Source: an uncultured Gammaproteobacteria bacterium (GTDB taxonomy: Bacteria > Pseudomonadota > Gammaproteobacteria > DRLM01). Taken from it: a DNA stretch of 64,000 nt. Each line of letters starts with the position of its first letter. The stretch's first letter is position 1. The stretch is from the NCBI GenBank assembly GCA_963729605.1, contig CAVSNY010000006.1:352001-416000 (forward strand). The letters run 5' to 3'. A program made the translations under genes and the position numbers. Shown piece after piece: positions 38,419 through 49,088 of this stretch. The notes beneath the pieces are model-generated. The model was not told where the DNA came from, searched no databases, and was given only the letters and a program-made list of their open reading frames with translations.

Positions 38419-39016
38419 TTGAAAACCAAAACCAATAAGCACACGACATCCGGCCTGGCGGCGCTGACCTTGATCGCCGGTATTCGCGACGGGCCTGCAA
38501 GGTTGCGCGGTGGTGGCGGTGGGCGGTGCCGGCGCCGCGGTGGCCACCGATCGCCGCAGCGCCGGCGCGATGGTCGACGATCAAGCCATCGAATTGAAGA
38601 TCAATAATGCGCTTTTTAAAAATCCCCAATTGAGCAAACGCGCGCACATCAATGTCACCAGTTACGGCGGGGTGGCGCTGCTCACCGGCGAAGCGCCCAG
38701 CGAAGAGTTGCGCGACACCGCGGTGGAACTCGCCCGCCACGTGGAGAATGTGCGCCGCGTGCATAACGAAATCGTCATCGCCGCGCCCAGCTCCACCAAG
38801 TCGCGCAGCCAGGATGCATGGATCACCACCAAAGTGAAAACCAAATTGATGGCCACTAAAGGCATCAGCGCCAACAGCGTCAAAGTGGTCACCGAAAGCG
38901 GCTCGGTCTATTTGATGGGGCTGCTTACCCGGGCTGAGGCCGACATCGCCACGGAAGCGGCGCGTCACATCGACGGCGTCAGCCGCGTAGTCACCCTCTT
39001 CGAATATCAAGATTAA
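38419..39016 (+). CDS. dolP: Dual-BON lipoprotein DolP/YraP, frameshifted near 38479 as sequenced
   Basis: ATDRRS, two BON domains (LLTGEAP; DAWITTKVK..VKVVTESGSVYLMG); signal peptide and lipobox LQGC are in different frames. Confidence 0.8.
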
Positions 39017-39025
39017 ACGCGCGCC

Positions 39026-40423
39026 GTGTCCCCCGCTCCCCTAACTCCGGCCATGCTCGCCGCGCTGCGCAGCGCGGCGGGCGCGGACCGGGTTCTCACC
39101 GATCCCGCCGATTGTTGGCCTTACGGCTACGACAACAGCCGGCGCCACGCCTTGCCGCGGGCAGTGGTGTTCGCCACCACCCACGAGCAGGTGCGTGACA
39201 TCGTGCGTTTATGTAACGAACATGCCGTGCCCCTGGTGGCGCGCGGCCGCGGCACCGGCACCACCGGCGCCACCGTGCCGCTGCACGGCGGCGTGGTGCT
39301 GGCGCTGGAGCGCATGGACCGCATCCTCGCCGTCGATCCCGACAACCGGGTGATGGTGGTGGAGCCCGGCGTCACCAATCAGGCGGTGCAGGACGCCGCG
39401 GCGCAACGCGGTTTCTTCTGGCCACCCGATCCGACCAGCGCGGCCTTTTGCAGCGTGGGCGGCAATCTCGCCTACAACTCCGCCGGACCGCGCGCGGTGA
39501 AATACGGCACGCCGCGCGAAAACACCTTGGGCTTGCGCGCCGTCACCGGCAGCGGCGCCGAGATCCGCACCGGCGTGTACACGACCAAGGGTGTGGTGGG
39601 CTACGATCTCACCCGGTTGTTGATCGGCTCGGAGGGTACGCTGGCGATCATCACCGAAGCCACCTTGAAACTCACGCCGCTTCCGGAAACCCGCCGCACG
39701 CTACAGGCCGTGTACGCCGACATGCACGGCGCGGCGCGCGCGGTGTCGCGCATCATGGCGCAAGCGGTGACGCCCTGCGCGCTGGAATTCATCGACGGCC
39801 GCGCCATCGAGATGATCCGCGCCTATGCGCAGACACCCTTGCCCAGCGGCGCGGGCGCGATGTTGATGATCGAAGTGGACGGCCAGCACGCCGCCATCGA
39901 CGCGGCGGCCGACAGCGTAGTGCGGGCCGCGCAAGGCGAAGGTTTGCTGGACATCATCGCCGCGCGCGGCAAGGAAGAAACCGCCGCGCTGTGGGCGACT
40001 CGTAAAGCATTATCGCCCGCGCTGCGCACCATCGCGCCGAAGAAGATCAACGAAGACGTGGTGGTGCCGGTGTCGCGCATGGCGGAGTTGATCGGTGGCC
40101 TCGAGAAATTGTCGCGGGAATTCGCCATCACCATCGTCAATTTCGGCCACGCCGGCAACGGTAATATCCACGTCAATCTCTTGGTGAATCCCGACGACCC
40201 GGCGGAAATGGCGCGGGCCGAGCATTGTCTCGACCGGGTCTTCGATCTGGTGTTGAAGCTCAAGGGCACCTTGTCGGGCGAACACGGCGTCGGCATCGAA
40301 AAACGCGACTTCGTCGCCCGCGAGATCGAACCGGAAACCCTGGAACTGATGCGCGCGATCAAACGGCTGTTCGATCCCAAAGAGATACTCAATCCCGGTA
40401 AGATGCTGCCCGCTGAAAAATAA
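39026..40423 (+). CDS. FAD-linked oxidase, GlcD/D-2-hydroxyacid dehydrogenase family
   Basis: RGRGTG, PPDPTS, IGSEGTL, GHAGNGNIH, SGEHGVG, LNPGK. Confidence 0.88.
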   Translation: MSPAPLTPAMLAALRSAAGADRVLTDPADCWPYGYDNSRRHALPRAVVFATTHEQVRDIVRLCNEHAVPLVARGRGTGTTGATVPLHGGVVLALERMDRILAVDPDNRVMVVEPGVTNQAVQDAAAQRGFFWPPDPTSAAFCSVGGNLAYNSAGPRAVKYGTPRENTLGLRAVTGSGAEIRTGVYTTKGVVGYDLTRLLIGSEGTLAIITEATLKLTPLPETRRTLQAVYADMHGAARAVSRIMAQAVTPCALEFIDGRAIEMIRAYAQTPLPSGAGAMLMIEVDGQHAAIDAAADSVVRAAQGEGLLDIIAARGKEETAALWATRKALSPALRTIAPKKINEDVVVPVSRMAELIGGLEKLSREFAITIVNFGHAGNGNIHVNLLVNPDDPAEMARAEHCLDRVFDLVLKLKGTLSGEHGVGIEKRDFVAREIEPETLELMRAIKRLFDPKEILNPGKMLPAEK

Positions 40424-40465
40424 ATTCGCGGAGGCGCGCCTTGCGCGGATCGGCGCGCCGATCCG

Positions 40466-40846
40466 CTACTTCACCACCTTCAATTTCGGCTTGCCCGGCG
40501 CGTCGAGCGGCGAGTGCGGCCCATCGGGCGGCGCGCCGCCCTCGTCGCGGAACATCATGCCCTCGCCATTCTCGCGCGCGTAGATGGCGATCACCGCCCG
40601 CGGCGGCAGGGTAACCTCCATGGCCGCGCCGCCGAAGCGCGCGTTGAAGCCCACCTCGTCATTGTTGAGGCGCAATTGATTCACCGCGCGCGGACTGATG
40701 TTGAGCACGATCTGGCCGTCCCGCACATGCTGGGTCGGCACCACGATACCTTCCACCGTCGCGTCCACTACGATGTACGGCGTCATGTCGTTATCGACTA
40801 TCCATTGATATAAAGCACGGATCAAATAAGGCCGGCTCGACGTCAT
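40466..40846 (-). CDS. sspB: ClpXP adaptor SspB
   Basis: SSRPYLIRALYQWIVDN, IYARENGEGMMF, C-terminal PKLKVVK. Confidence 0.96.
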   Translation of the reverse strand: MTSSRPYLIRALYQWIVDNDMTPYIVVDATVEGIVVPTQHVRDGQIVLNISPRAVNQLRLNNDEVGFNARFGGAAMEVTLPPRAVIAIYARENGEGMMFRDEGGAPPDGPHSPLDAPGKPKLKVVK

Positions 40847-40955
40847 TTTCTGCAAAGACCACACTCCTGTACTGCGATTTGCTTACCCTGCTTACAGCTT
40901 GCGCATCCCTTTATGTAGTATACCCACCGCGGCTACGCGGTCCAGGGCGCTCATT

Positions 40956-40994
40956 AAAAATAAAAACCGCCGCGGGCCGCTCGCGCGCGGCGGT
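40956..40994 (-). terminator. Intrinsic terminator in the sspA-sspB gap
   Basis: Minus strand ACCGCCGCG-loop-CGCGGCGGT followed by TTTTATTTTT. Confidence 0.7.
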
Positions 40995-41356
40995 CGTATC
41001 GATCACGGCGATTCAGTTTATTTGGCGTTCCTCAACAAGCAACGATCATGCTGGTTTGGACCGGACGGGGCGTTGATGGCGTAGAGGGCCTTGAACGCGC
41101 GGTCCGTTCCTGAGAGACCTCGACGGTGTCGATTTGCGCAACGGATCCTGCGAATCGATGTTGGCGCCTTTCATTTCCTTCTCGCCGGCCTCCTTGGGCG
41201 TGTCGTCGCACACCGTCTTGAACGCGGCGTTTTCTCGATTATTGCCGAAAATTCCAGGCCAGACCTCCTTCGCTCGTTCGCAAACGAGGGCGGAAGTCAG
41301 TCATTATCTCTATAATTTATTTTTACTGCCCCGGCGCGGTCGCCGGAAAGAGGGTA

Positions 41357-41983
41357 CTAACGGCGCAATTCCTTTTCCGCCGGAGTGAGACTTTGTTTAA
41401 AACCGGCGCGGGCGAACAGGCGGTCGCTGTACTTCTGCAACGCTTTGGCTTGCGGGGGTAATTCAATATCGAAATGCGGCAGACGCCACAACAAAGGACC
41501 GAGCGTGCAATCGGCCAGCGTGAGTTCGTCGCTCATGAAAAAAGGTTTTTGATCGAAGACCGCCGCGATCACCGTCAAGCCTTCGCGGATGATCTTGCGG
41601 GCCTGGGCGGCGGCCTTACTGTCTTCGCCGGAGAGGTCGGGCAATAGACTGTACCAATCCTTTTCCATGCGATGCACGTACAGTTTGATGCGCGCTCGCG
41701 ACACCGGATCCACCGGCAACAAGGGCGGATGAGGATAACGCTCGTCCAGATACTCCATGATGATCTGCGCGTGATACAACACCAAGTCGCGATCGACCAG
41801 GGTGGGCACCGCGCCGTAGGGGCTGAGCTCGCTGAGATCTTCCGGCAACACGTCGCCGTTCACGTTCAGGATGTCGACGCTGATGCCTTTTTCCGCCAAG
41901 ACCAAACGCACCCGGTGGCTTTGCAGGCAGGAGGCTCGGGAATACAAGGTCATGACTGGTCTTCTGCTGGCCGAAATCACCAT
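41357..41983 (-). CDS. sspA: Stringent starvation protein A
   Basis: SHRVRLVLAEKG, VPTLVDRDLVLY, IMEYLDERYPHPPLLPVDPV. Confidence 0.95.
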   Translation of the reverse strand: MVISASRRPVMTLYSRASCLQSHRVRLVLAEKGISVDILNVNGDVLPEDLSELSPYGAVPTLVDRDLVLYHAQIIMEYLDERYPHPPLLPVDPVSRARIKLYVHRMEKDWYSLLPDLSGEDSKAAAQARKIIREGLTVIAAVFDQKPFFMSDELTLADCTLGPLLWRLPHFDIELPPQAKALQKYSDRLFARAGFKQSLTPAEKELRR

Positions 41984-42258
41984 GGGTACCTCTCTCATCT
42001 CACACCTCGAGGGCTCACCGCGCAGCCCCGTAGATTACCGTGTCCATCAAGCCCGTCACGCAATTCAAAGATAAGCGGGTCGCTGCCGTTCCCGACCACC
42101 GGGAAGAGGTGCCGATTATACCGTATAGCGCGCTAAGCGTGTGGGAAGCGCCGCGGATTCGACTGTGCGGCGGGAATGCGCCTCGCCGCTCCCCTTTTTT
42201 GATCGATCTTCAATCTTCATCGCCTTGACCCCGCGACAAACCACGGAGCATTTCAAGA

Positions 42259-43068
42259 TTAAAAACCCCGCGCCTCGCGGATGCGCTCATAGGCCGACCT
42301 GATTTGGTGCGTACGCTCGGCGGCCATCTTCATCATTTCCTCCGGCAAACCCTTGGCCACCAGTTTATCGGGGTGATGCTGACTCAATAAACGTCGGTAG
42401 GCCTTTTTGATCTCGTCGTCGCTGGACCGTGCCGTCACATTCAACACCGAGTAGGCGTCGGCCAGTGACGGTTTATTGTCCTGCGCCGCCCGTCCGGTTC
42501 CCTCGCCGAAACCGCGCGCGGCGGCGAGCATCGCCTCCAACTGGCCGAACTCCGCCGCGCTGAAGCCCAATTCACCGCTCACCCGCAACAGCAAGACTCG
42601 CTCGGCGGGATGCATCACCCCGTCGGCATACGCGGCCTGCAGCAACACTTCCAAAAACATCCGCAGCAAACTGCGCCGCCGCTGGCATTCCTGTTTGAAT
42701 TGAGCCAAGACTTGATTCAAGGGAAAATCGGCCCGCTTGCCTTCGTTGAACAAGCGCATCGCCGCCTGCTTCAATTCGGCGCTCAGGTTCAGGCGATCCA
42801 TCACCAGACGGGCGATCTCTATTTCATCCCGGCACACCCGCCCATCGGCCTTGGCCACATGGCCCATCACCGAAAAGGTCGCGGTGAAAAACGCCGCTTG
42901 CACCCGCTGCTGGTCGCCGGGATTCAAGCCGCCGTGCAAGACGTGCAGTGTGTATTCGGCGGCCTTGCGGTCCAAACCGTGCCCGAGCGCCACCCCGATC
43001 AACGCACCCAAGGGACCGCCGATCAAAAAACCCATGGCGCCGCCCAGCGCCTTTCCCCACCAACTCAC
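42259..43068 (-). CDS. djlA: Co-chaperone DjlA
   Basis: SWWGKALGG N-terminal TM, GHVAKADGRV, C-terminal J domain IKKAYRRL..HHPDK; GGGAGG RBS before GTG. Confidence 0.95.
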   Translation of the reverse strand: MSWWGKALGGAMGFLIGGPLGALIGVALGHGLDRKAAEYTLHVLHGGLNPGDQQRVQAAFFTATFSVMGHVAKADGRVCRDEIEIARLVMDRLNLSAELKQAAMRLFNEGKRADFPLNQVLAQFKQECQRRRSLLRMFLEVLLQAAYADGVMHPAERVLLLRVSGELGFSAAEFGQLEAMLAAARGFGEGTGRAAQDNKPSLADAYSVLNVTARSSDDEIKKAYRRLLSQHHPDKLVAKGLPEEMMKMAAERTHQIRSAYERIREARGF

Positions 43069-43187
43069 GTTAGCCTCCCAAGCTGTAGAACAATCCTGAA
43101 AAACAGGGATCAAGCACGAAACGAAAATCTCCTGACTAAAGTCCGGCGTTGACGATCCGGCAAAATACATCAATCTGAAAACAATGG

Positions 43188-43240
43188 ACCGCGGAGGACG
43201 CGGAGTTCACAGAGGAAAACAAGGGCTCCGCGTCCCGCGC
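43188..43240. repeat. REP-like palindromic repeat with 9-nt periodic units
   Basis: CGCGGAGGA-CGCGGAGTT-CACAGAGGA followed by CTCCGCGTCC, the reverse complement of GGACGCGGAG. Confidence 0.5.
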
Positions 43241-43358
43241 GAAGTCACCCGGCGGGTGAACTCGCCAACGCCACACATTATCCTGATTTCCGCGCCCCCC
43301 AAGGTTGGCCGCTGCGATTTTCAGGATTAATCCCGTTACGTTTTATAGCGCGCCGTCC

Positions 43359-43715
43359 TTATTTCGCCACCAGGCTGCCGCGATACATCCGCATCTCGCA
43401 GGTAAAAATATATTCGCCCGGCGCCGGCGGCGTCAGCCGCAGCTCATACGGTTTACCGACCGGCAGATCGGCGCTCAACTTCAGTTTTTCGAAGATCACC
43501 TTTTCCGCGCAGGGGCTGGGATCCTTGCGCAAAAAACGCAGTACCAGCGGCTGTCCGGCCCGCACCTCGATGCGCGACGGCGTGTAGACGCCGTCCGCCA
43601 CCAGCACCGTCACCGGTACGTCGCCCGCGATCTGCGCGCGCGGCCGCGACAGCCAAAACCACCCGACGATGAGCAGGATCAACAACAGGCCCAGCAGATT
43701 CACCCACAGCGTCAT
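43359..43715 (-). CDS. Membrane-anchored cupredoxin-domain protein (CupA-like)
   Basis: N-terminal [27 protein letters not shown]; ATGA-coupled to the ATPase. Confidence 0.85.
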   Translation of the reverse strand: MTLWVNLLGLLLILLIVGWFWLSRPRAQIAGDVPVTVLVADGVYTPSRIEVRAGQPLVLRFLRKDPSPCAEKVIFEKLKLSADLPVGKPYELRLTPPAPGEYIFTCEMRMYRGSLVAK

Positions 43716-45973
43716 GCCGCGGCCTCGCGCACCTTGAACCAGCGCAGCCGGTTGGCGTTACTCACCACCGTCACCGACGACAAGGCCATCGCCGCGCCGG
43801 CGATCATGGGATTGAGCAACACACCGGCGAGCGGATACAGCACCCCCGCCGCCACCGGTATGCCGACGATGTTGTAAATGAACGCGCCGAACAGATTCTG
43901 TTTGATGTTGCGCAGGGTCACCTGCGACACGGCGATGGCATCGACCACGCCGTGCAGCGAACCGCTCATCAGCGCGATGTCGGCGCTCTCGATGGCGACA
44001 TCGGTGCCGGTGCCGATGGCGTAGCCCACATCGGCCTGCGCCAGGGCCGGCGCGTCGTTGACGCCGTCGCCCACCATCGCCACCACCGCGCCGGCCGCCT
44101 GCAATTCGGCGACGCGCGCCGCCTTGTCCTGCGGCAAGACCTCGGCGATGACCTCGTCGATACCCACCTGCCGCGCCACCGCCTCGGCGGTGAGCCGATG
44201 ATCGCCGGTGAGCATCACCACCTTCAAACCCAGCGCGCGCATGCGCGCGACGGCGGCCCGCGCATCGGCCTTGACCGGATCGGCCACCGCGACGAGCCCC
44301 GCCAACACCCCGTCCACCGCCAAATAGATGGGCGTGGCCGCCTCGCGCGCCAACGCGGTGATGTGCGCATCGGCCGCCGCCACCGTCACGCCGCGTTCAT
44401 CCATCAATTTACGATTGCCGAACAAGATTTGCCGAGCGCCGATTCGAGCAGACACACCGCGGCCCATGACGGCCTCGAAGCGTTCGACGGCGGATAAAGT
44501 CAGTTCGCGAGTCCGGGCGGCCGCCAACACCGCCGCCGCGAGGGGGTGCTCCGAACCGGTTTCCACGCTCGCCGCCAGTTGCAATAACGTCGCCTCATCC
44601 CAGTCTGACAGGGCGACGATGCGCGTCACCGCCGGCCGGCCCTCGGTCACCGTGCCGGTCTTGTCCACCACCACCGTGGTGAGCCGCGCCGCCTGCTGCA
44701 AGGCCTCGCCGTTGCGGATCAAGACGCCGTATTCCGCCGCCTTGCCGACGCCGACCATGATCGAGATCGGCGTCGCGAGGCCGAGCGCGCAGGGGCAGGC
44801 GATGATCAGCACGGTCATGGCGGTCACGATCGCGAAGCTGACCGCGGGCGCGGGACCGAAGTTGTACCAGGCCAGAAAGGTGATCGTCGCGACGATCATG
44901 ATGCCGGGCACGAACACCGCCGACACCCGGTCGGCCAAACGGCCGATGGCCGGCTTGCTGCCCTGGGCGCGCCGCACCATCTCGATGATGCGCGCCAGCA
45001 CCGTGTCGCGGCCGATGCGTTTGGCCTGGAACAAAAAGCTGCCGCCGAGGTTGATGGTGCCGCCCACCACCTCGTCACCCACGCGTTTGATCACCGGCAT
45101 GGGCTCGCCGGTCAACATCGATTCATCGACGTTCGACTCGCCGTCGATCACCACGCCGTCCACCGGCACCCGCTCGCCGGGCCGCACCCTCACGCTGTCG
45201 TCCAGCCCGACCTCGGCGAGCGGGATGTCGCGCTCCTCGCCGTTGCGCAGCACCCGCGCGGTCTTGGGCTGCAGGCCGATCAGGCGGCGGATGGCCTGCG
45301 AGGTGCGGCCGCGCGCGCGCATTTCCAGCGCGGCGCCGAAATTGACCAGGGCGATGATGATCGCCGCCGCCTCGAAATAGGCATGCCGGGCGAGGCTCGG
45401 CACCGCGTCGGGAAAGATCACCACCGCCATCGAATACGACCAGGCCGCGCCGGTGCCGAGGGCGATCAAGGTATCCATATTGGCGTTGTGAACCTTGAAG
45501 GCCTTCCACGCCGCGAGAAAGATGTGGCCGGCGGAATACACCATCGCCGCCAGGGTCGCCAGGCCCGCCGCCAGCCAAAACCCGCGGCCGCTACCGTCAC
45601 TCAAGGACGGCAGCCAGCCCGACAGGTCACCGATCATCAGCGGCGCGCCAACGGCACCCGCCACCATCGCTTTGTTGAGTAAACGCCGGTAATGGGCCGC
45701 CTCGATCGCCTGTTTTTCATCCTCGTCCTCGACACCGCGCAGCTCCGCGGCGTCGTAGCCGGCGGCTTTGACCGCGGCAACCAGTTCGGCGGAACCCGCC
45801 TCGCCGCTCACCGACGCGGTACGCTCCACCAGATTCACCGCGGCCTCGCGCACGCCCGGCACGGCGCGCAGCGCGGTCTCCACCGACGCGACGCAACCCG
45901 CGCAGCTCATACCGGCGATCGACAGCCTGATCGGGCCAGGCTCCTGGGCGGCATGTTGGAAAGAATCGCTCAT
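43712..45973 (-). CDS. copA: Copper-translocating P1B-1 ATPase
   Basis: GMSCAGC HMA domain, TGE, CPC in TM6, [20 protein letters not shown] and MALSS Cu(I) ligands. Confidence 0.95.
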   Translation of the reverse strand: MSDSFQHAAQEPGPIRLSIAGMSCAGCVASVETALRAVPGVREAAVNLVERTASVSGEAGSAELVAAVKAAGYDAAELRGVEDEDEKQAIEAAHYRRLLNKAMVAGAVGAPLMIGDLSGWLPSLSDGSGRGFWLAAGLATLAAMVYSAGHIFLAAWKAFKVHNANMDTLIALGTGAAWSYSMAVVIFPDAVPSLARHAYFEAAAIIIALVNFGAALEMRARGRTSQAIRRLIGLQPKTARVLRNGEERDIPLAEVGLDDSVRVRPGERVPVDGVVIDGESNVDESMLTGEPMPVIKRVGDEVVGGTINLGGSFLFQAKRIGRDTVLARIIEMVRRAQGSKPAIGRLADRVSAVFVPGIMIVATITFLAWYNFGPAPAVSFAIVTAMTVLIIACPCALGLATPISIMVGVGKAAEYGVLIRNGEALQQAARLTTVVVDKTGTVTEGRPAVTRIVALSDWDEATLLQLAASVETGSEHPLAAAVLAAARTRELTLSAVERFEAVMGRGVSARIGARQILFGNRKLMDERGVTVAAADAHITALAREAATPIYLAVDGVLAGLVAVADPVKADARAAVARMRALGLKVVMLTGDHRLTAEAVARQVGIDEVIAEVLPQDKAARVAELQAAGAVVAMVGDGVNDAPALAQADVGYAIGTGTDVAIESADIALMSGSLHGVVDAIAVSQVTLRNIKQNLFGAFIYNIVGIPVAAGVLYPLAGVLLNPMIAGAAMALSSVTVVSNANRLRWFKVREAAA

Positions 45974-46261
45974 AAGCGGGCTAGCTTACACTCATTCAAT
46001 GAGCACTTTCAGGCCGGCCGGCGCGACTACAAACAAAAGGCTTGATTTACCGCGACGAAACACCGTAGATTCAAGGCGGACAGTGCGTGGCAAAGGGATG
46101 CTGGCGCGCCACTTTCGCCCTTCACGGCGGCGCCCGTTTTACCGGCCGGCCTCGACCGGCCACTTTAAAAAGGCACACCGGTGCCGTAACCCTGTGGCAA
46201 GCTGAATTACCGTGATACCGTGCGGCTGATCGACCCGCGGGACAAGAGAGGGACTGGAGAA

Positions 46262-47137
46262 ATGAGTCTGAGTCCAAAAGAAATGGTGGCCGGCGCCATC
46301 GAAATCGCATCCCTGCCCGAAGTGTTCCTGAGGGTTAATGAAATGATCGACAGCCCGCGTTATTCCGCGGCGGACATCAGCACCGTCATCAGCAGCGACC
46401 CCGGCCTCACCGCCCGCCTGCTCAAGATCGTCAACAGCGCCTTTTACAGCTTCCCCTCGCAGATCGACAGCATCTCGCGGGCCATCACCATCATCGGCAC
46501 CCGCGAACTGCGCGACCTGATCCTCGCGACCTCGGTGGTGCGGGTCTTCAAAGGCATTCCCAACGATTTGGTCACCATGGACGATTTCTGGCGCCACAGC
46601 ATTTGCTGCGGTCTCGCCGCCCGCGCCCTCGCCACCAAACGCGGCGAACGGCTGGTCGAGCGTTTCTTCGTCGCCGGCCTGCTCCACGACATCGGCAGCC
46701 TGCTCATCTACCGCAAAATCCCCGAACTGGCGCGCGAGGCCCTGCTGCGCTGCCAGCACAACGACGTGCCTTTGTACCGCGTCGAACAGGACATCATGGG
46801 TTTCGACCACGCGGCGGTGGGCGGCGAAATCCTCCGCAAGTGGAAACTGCCGGAGCATTTGCAAGAGGCGGTGGAATTTCATCACACGCCGAGCCGGGCC
46901 GAGCGCTTCCCGCGCGACACCGCGCTGATCCACATCGCCGACGTCGTCGCCGACGCCATGCAATACGGCAATTCCGGCGACCCGCGGGTCCCGCCGATGG
47001 ACGCCGACGCCTGGCGCTTCGCGGAACTCAACGACGACATCATCGCCTCGGTGATGGAGGACGTGGAAAAGCAATTCTCGGCCAGCCTGGAGCTGATCCG
47101 CGCCGAACCGCCCAACGTCATCGCCAAGATTCATTGA
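46262..47137 (+). CDS. Stand-alone HDOD domain protein
   Basis: LPEV, DPGLTARLLKIVNS, FWRHS, GLLHDIG, DHAAVG, W.LP, FHH. Confidence 0.9.
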   Translation: MSLSPKEMVAGAIEIASLPEVFLRVNEMIDSPRYSAADISTVISSDPGLTARLLKIVNSAFYSFPSQIDSISRAITIIGTRELRDLILATSVVRVFKGIPNDLVTMDDFWRHSICCGLAARALATKRGERLVERFFVAGLLHDIGSLLIYRKIPELAREALLRCQHNDVPLYRVEQDIMGFDHAAVGGEILRKWKLPEHLQEAVEFHHTPSRAERFPRDTALIHIADVVADAMQYGNSGDPRVPPMDADAWRFAELNDDIIASVMEDVEKQFSASLELIRAEPPNVIAKIH

Positions 47138-47166
47138 GCGCGGGCGCTGTACGAAACATCCCTTGG

Positions 47167-47249
47167 CCGCCAAGTACGCCAAAAAGAAAAACCCCCTCTT
47201 CATTGGAAATCTTTTTAAAAGCGTCCTTGGCGTATTTGGCGCCTGGCGG
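47167..47249. repeat. REP-like inverted repeat (CGCCAAG type) between convergent genes
   Basis: CGCCAAGTACGCCAA (47168-47182) and TTGGCGTATTTGGCG (47227-47241), 14/15 complementary, around an AT-rich spacer. Confidence 0.6.
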
Positions 47250-47281
47250 GTCAATCGCGTTTTGACTTCCTCCACACGACC

Positions 47282-48982
47282 TCAGCGCAAATACGCCTCG
47301 CTGGCGTAGCGGCGCATCATGCGATGCGAGTTGAAGAACGAGGCGTTCTTGCAGATGGCGCCCTTCATCACCGCCACCCAGCCCGGCTGATTGGTGTAAT
47401 ACAGCGGCAGCACGACGTTTTCGAGTTTTGCGTATAAGGCCTGCGCGTCGTCGCCGTTGGCGGAGTCGCTGCTGTCGCCGATAGCCCAGCCGGTCACACC
47501 TTCGATGCAGGCCTCGACCCACCAGCCGTCGAGCACGCTCAGTTGCGGCACGCCGTTGAACGCGGCCTTCATGCCGCTGGTGCCGCTCGCCTCCAAAGGC
47601 CGCAACGGGGTATTCACCCACACATCGGCGCCCGCCACCAGATCCAAGGCCAACGCCATGTCGTAACCGGGCAAAAAGGCGCCGCGCACATCCCCCGCCA
47701 ATTCGCGAAAATGGAGGTGGGCCTGGGTGATCAGGCCTTTTCCACCCTCGTCGCGCGGATGGGCCTTGCCGGCCATCACCAGTTGAAACGGCCATTGCTG
47801 CGCGATGTTTTTTAAACGCGCCACATCGGAGAACAGCAGGTCGGGGCGCTTGTACGCGGTCATGCGCCGGGCGAAGCCGAGGATGGGCACCTTGGGATTG
47901 AGCGTGACGCCGGTGAGCGTCTTCACCTTGTCGATGAGCCTGGCCTTGGCCGCGCGGTGCGCCTCCCAGATCGCGGCGTCGGGGATGCAGCAATCGGCGC
48001 GGATCAGCAGCTCCGGCTCGTGGCTCCAGCCGGGCAGATGCAGATCGAACAATTTATTGAAACTCGGGCTGGTCCAGGTGTGGGGATGCACGCCGTTGGT
48101 CACCGCACGCACCCGGTAACCGGGAAACATGCGGCGCGACACCTCGGCGTGGCTTTTGGCCACGCCGTTGACGTAATCGCTCAAGTTGAGCGCCAGCCGC
48201 GTCATATTCAACGCGTCGTCGCCGGCCAGGCGCTTCAACGTGACCAGGTCCAGATAATCCTCGCCCAACACCCGCCGCACCAGATCGTAGGAGAAGCGGT
48301 CGTGGCCGGCCTCCACCGGGGTGTGGGTCGTGAAGTTGCACAGCTCGCGCACCCGTGGAATATCGTAAGGCGATTCCCCCGGCCGCAACTCCGTGGGAGG
48401 AAAGGCGTAACGGTTCAACAATTCCGCCGCGAGCAGGGCCGAGTGGCCTTCGTTCATGTGATATTGGCTGATGGTCAAACCCAGCGCCTGCAAGAGGCGC
48501 ACGCCGCCGATACCCAGTATCACCTCTTGTTTGAGGCGATACACCTCATCACCGCCATACAGAAAACGGGTGAGCTGGCGATCGTCTTCGCCGTTCTCGT
48601 CCAGATCGGTGTCGAGCAGGATGACCGGTTCAGAGCTGTCGTCGGTGAGGCCGCGCACCAGATATAACCACGCCCCCACCCAGACCCGCCGCCCCTCGAT
48701 GGTCACCACCACCTTGGCGTCCAAGGGCGTGGCCGCCGCGGCCGGATTCCAGGCATCGGGCAATTCACGCTGGCGGCCTTGTTCATCCAGTTCTTGCCGG
48801 AAATAACCGGCGCTGCTGACCAAGGTCACCGCCACCATCGGGATTTCCAAATCGGCGGCGGAACGCAGCGTATCGCCCGCCAGCACCCCCAACCCGCCCG
48901 CGTAGGTGGGGATATCGGACCGCAAGGCGATCTCCATGGAGAAATAAGCGAAACGCGGACCGTAGGTATAACGTTGCAACAT
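47282..48982 (-). CDS. glgP: Alpha-glucan (glycogen) phosphorylase, short form
   Basis: AYFSMEI, YAGGLGVLAGD, HMNEGH, FTTHTP, ARRMTAYKR, GKAHP, PLP motif EASGTSGMK. Confidence 0.93.
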   Translation of the reverse strand: MLQRYTYGPRFAYFSMEIALRSDIPTYAGGLGVLAGDTLRSAADLEIPMVAVTLVSSAGYFRQELDEQGRQRELPDAWNPAAAATPLDAKVVVTIEGRRVWVGAWLYLVRGLTDDSSEPVILLDTDLDENGEDDRQLTRFLYGGDEVYRLKQEVILGIGGVRLLQALGLTISQYHMNEGHSALLAAELLNRYAFPPTELRPGESPYDIPRVRELCNFTTHTPVEAGHDRFSYDLVRRVLGEDYLDLVTLKRLAGDDALNMTRLALNLSDYVNGVAKSHAEVSRRMFPGYRVRAVTNGVHPHTWTSPSFNKLFDLHLPGWSHEPELLIRADCCIPDAAIWEAHRAAKARLIDKVKTLTGVTLNPKVPILGFARRMTAYKRPDLLFSDVARLKNIAQQWPFQLVMAGKAHPRDEGGKGLITQAHLHFRELAGDVRGAFLPGYDMALALDLVAGADVWVNTPLRPLEASGTSGMKAAFNGVPQLSVLDGWWVEACIEGVTGWAIGDSSDSANGDDAQALYAKLENVVLPLYYTNQPGWVAVMKGAICKNASFFNSHRMMRRYASEAYLR

Positions 48983-49088
48983 CGGCGCCCCCCCGTGACT
49001 GGCCCGGATATCCTGCGCTCGGCGCGGGCGGATCACAAGGCGCGCCATGACCGCCGAGCGCGCCGTACGTCAACGTCAATTCATGAGA

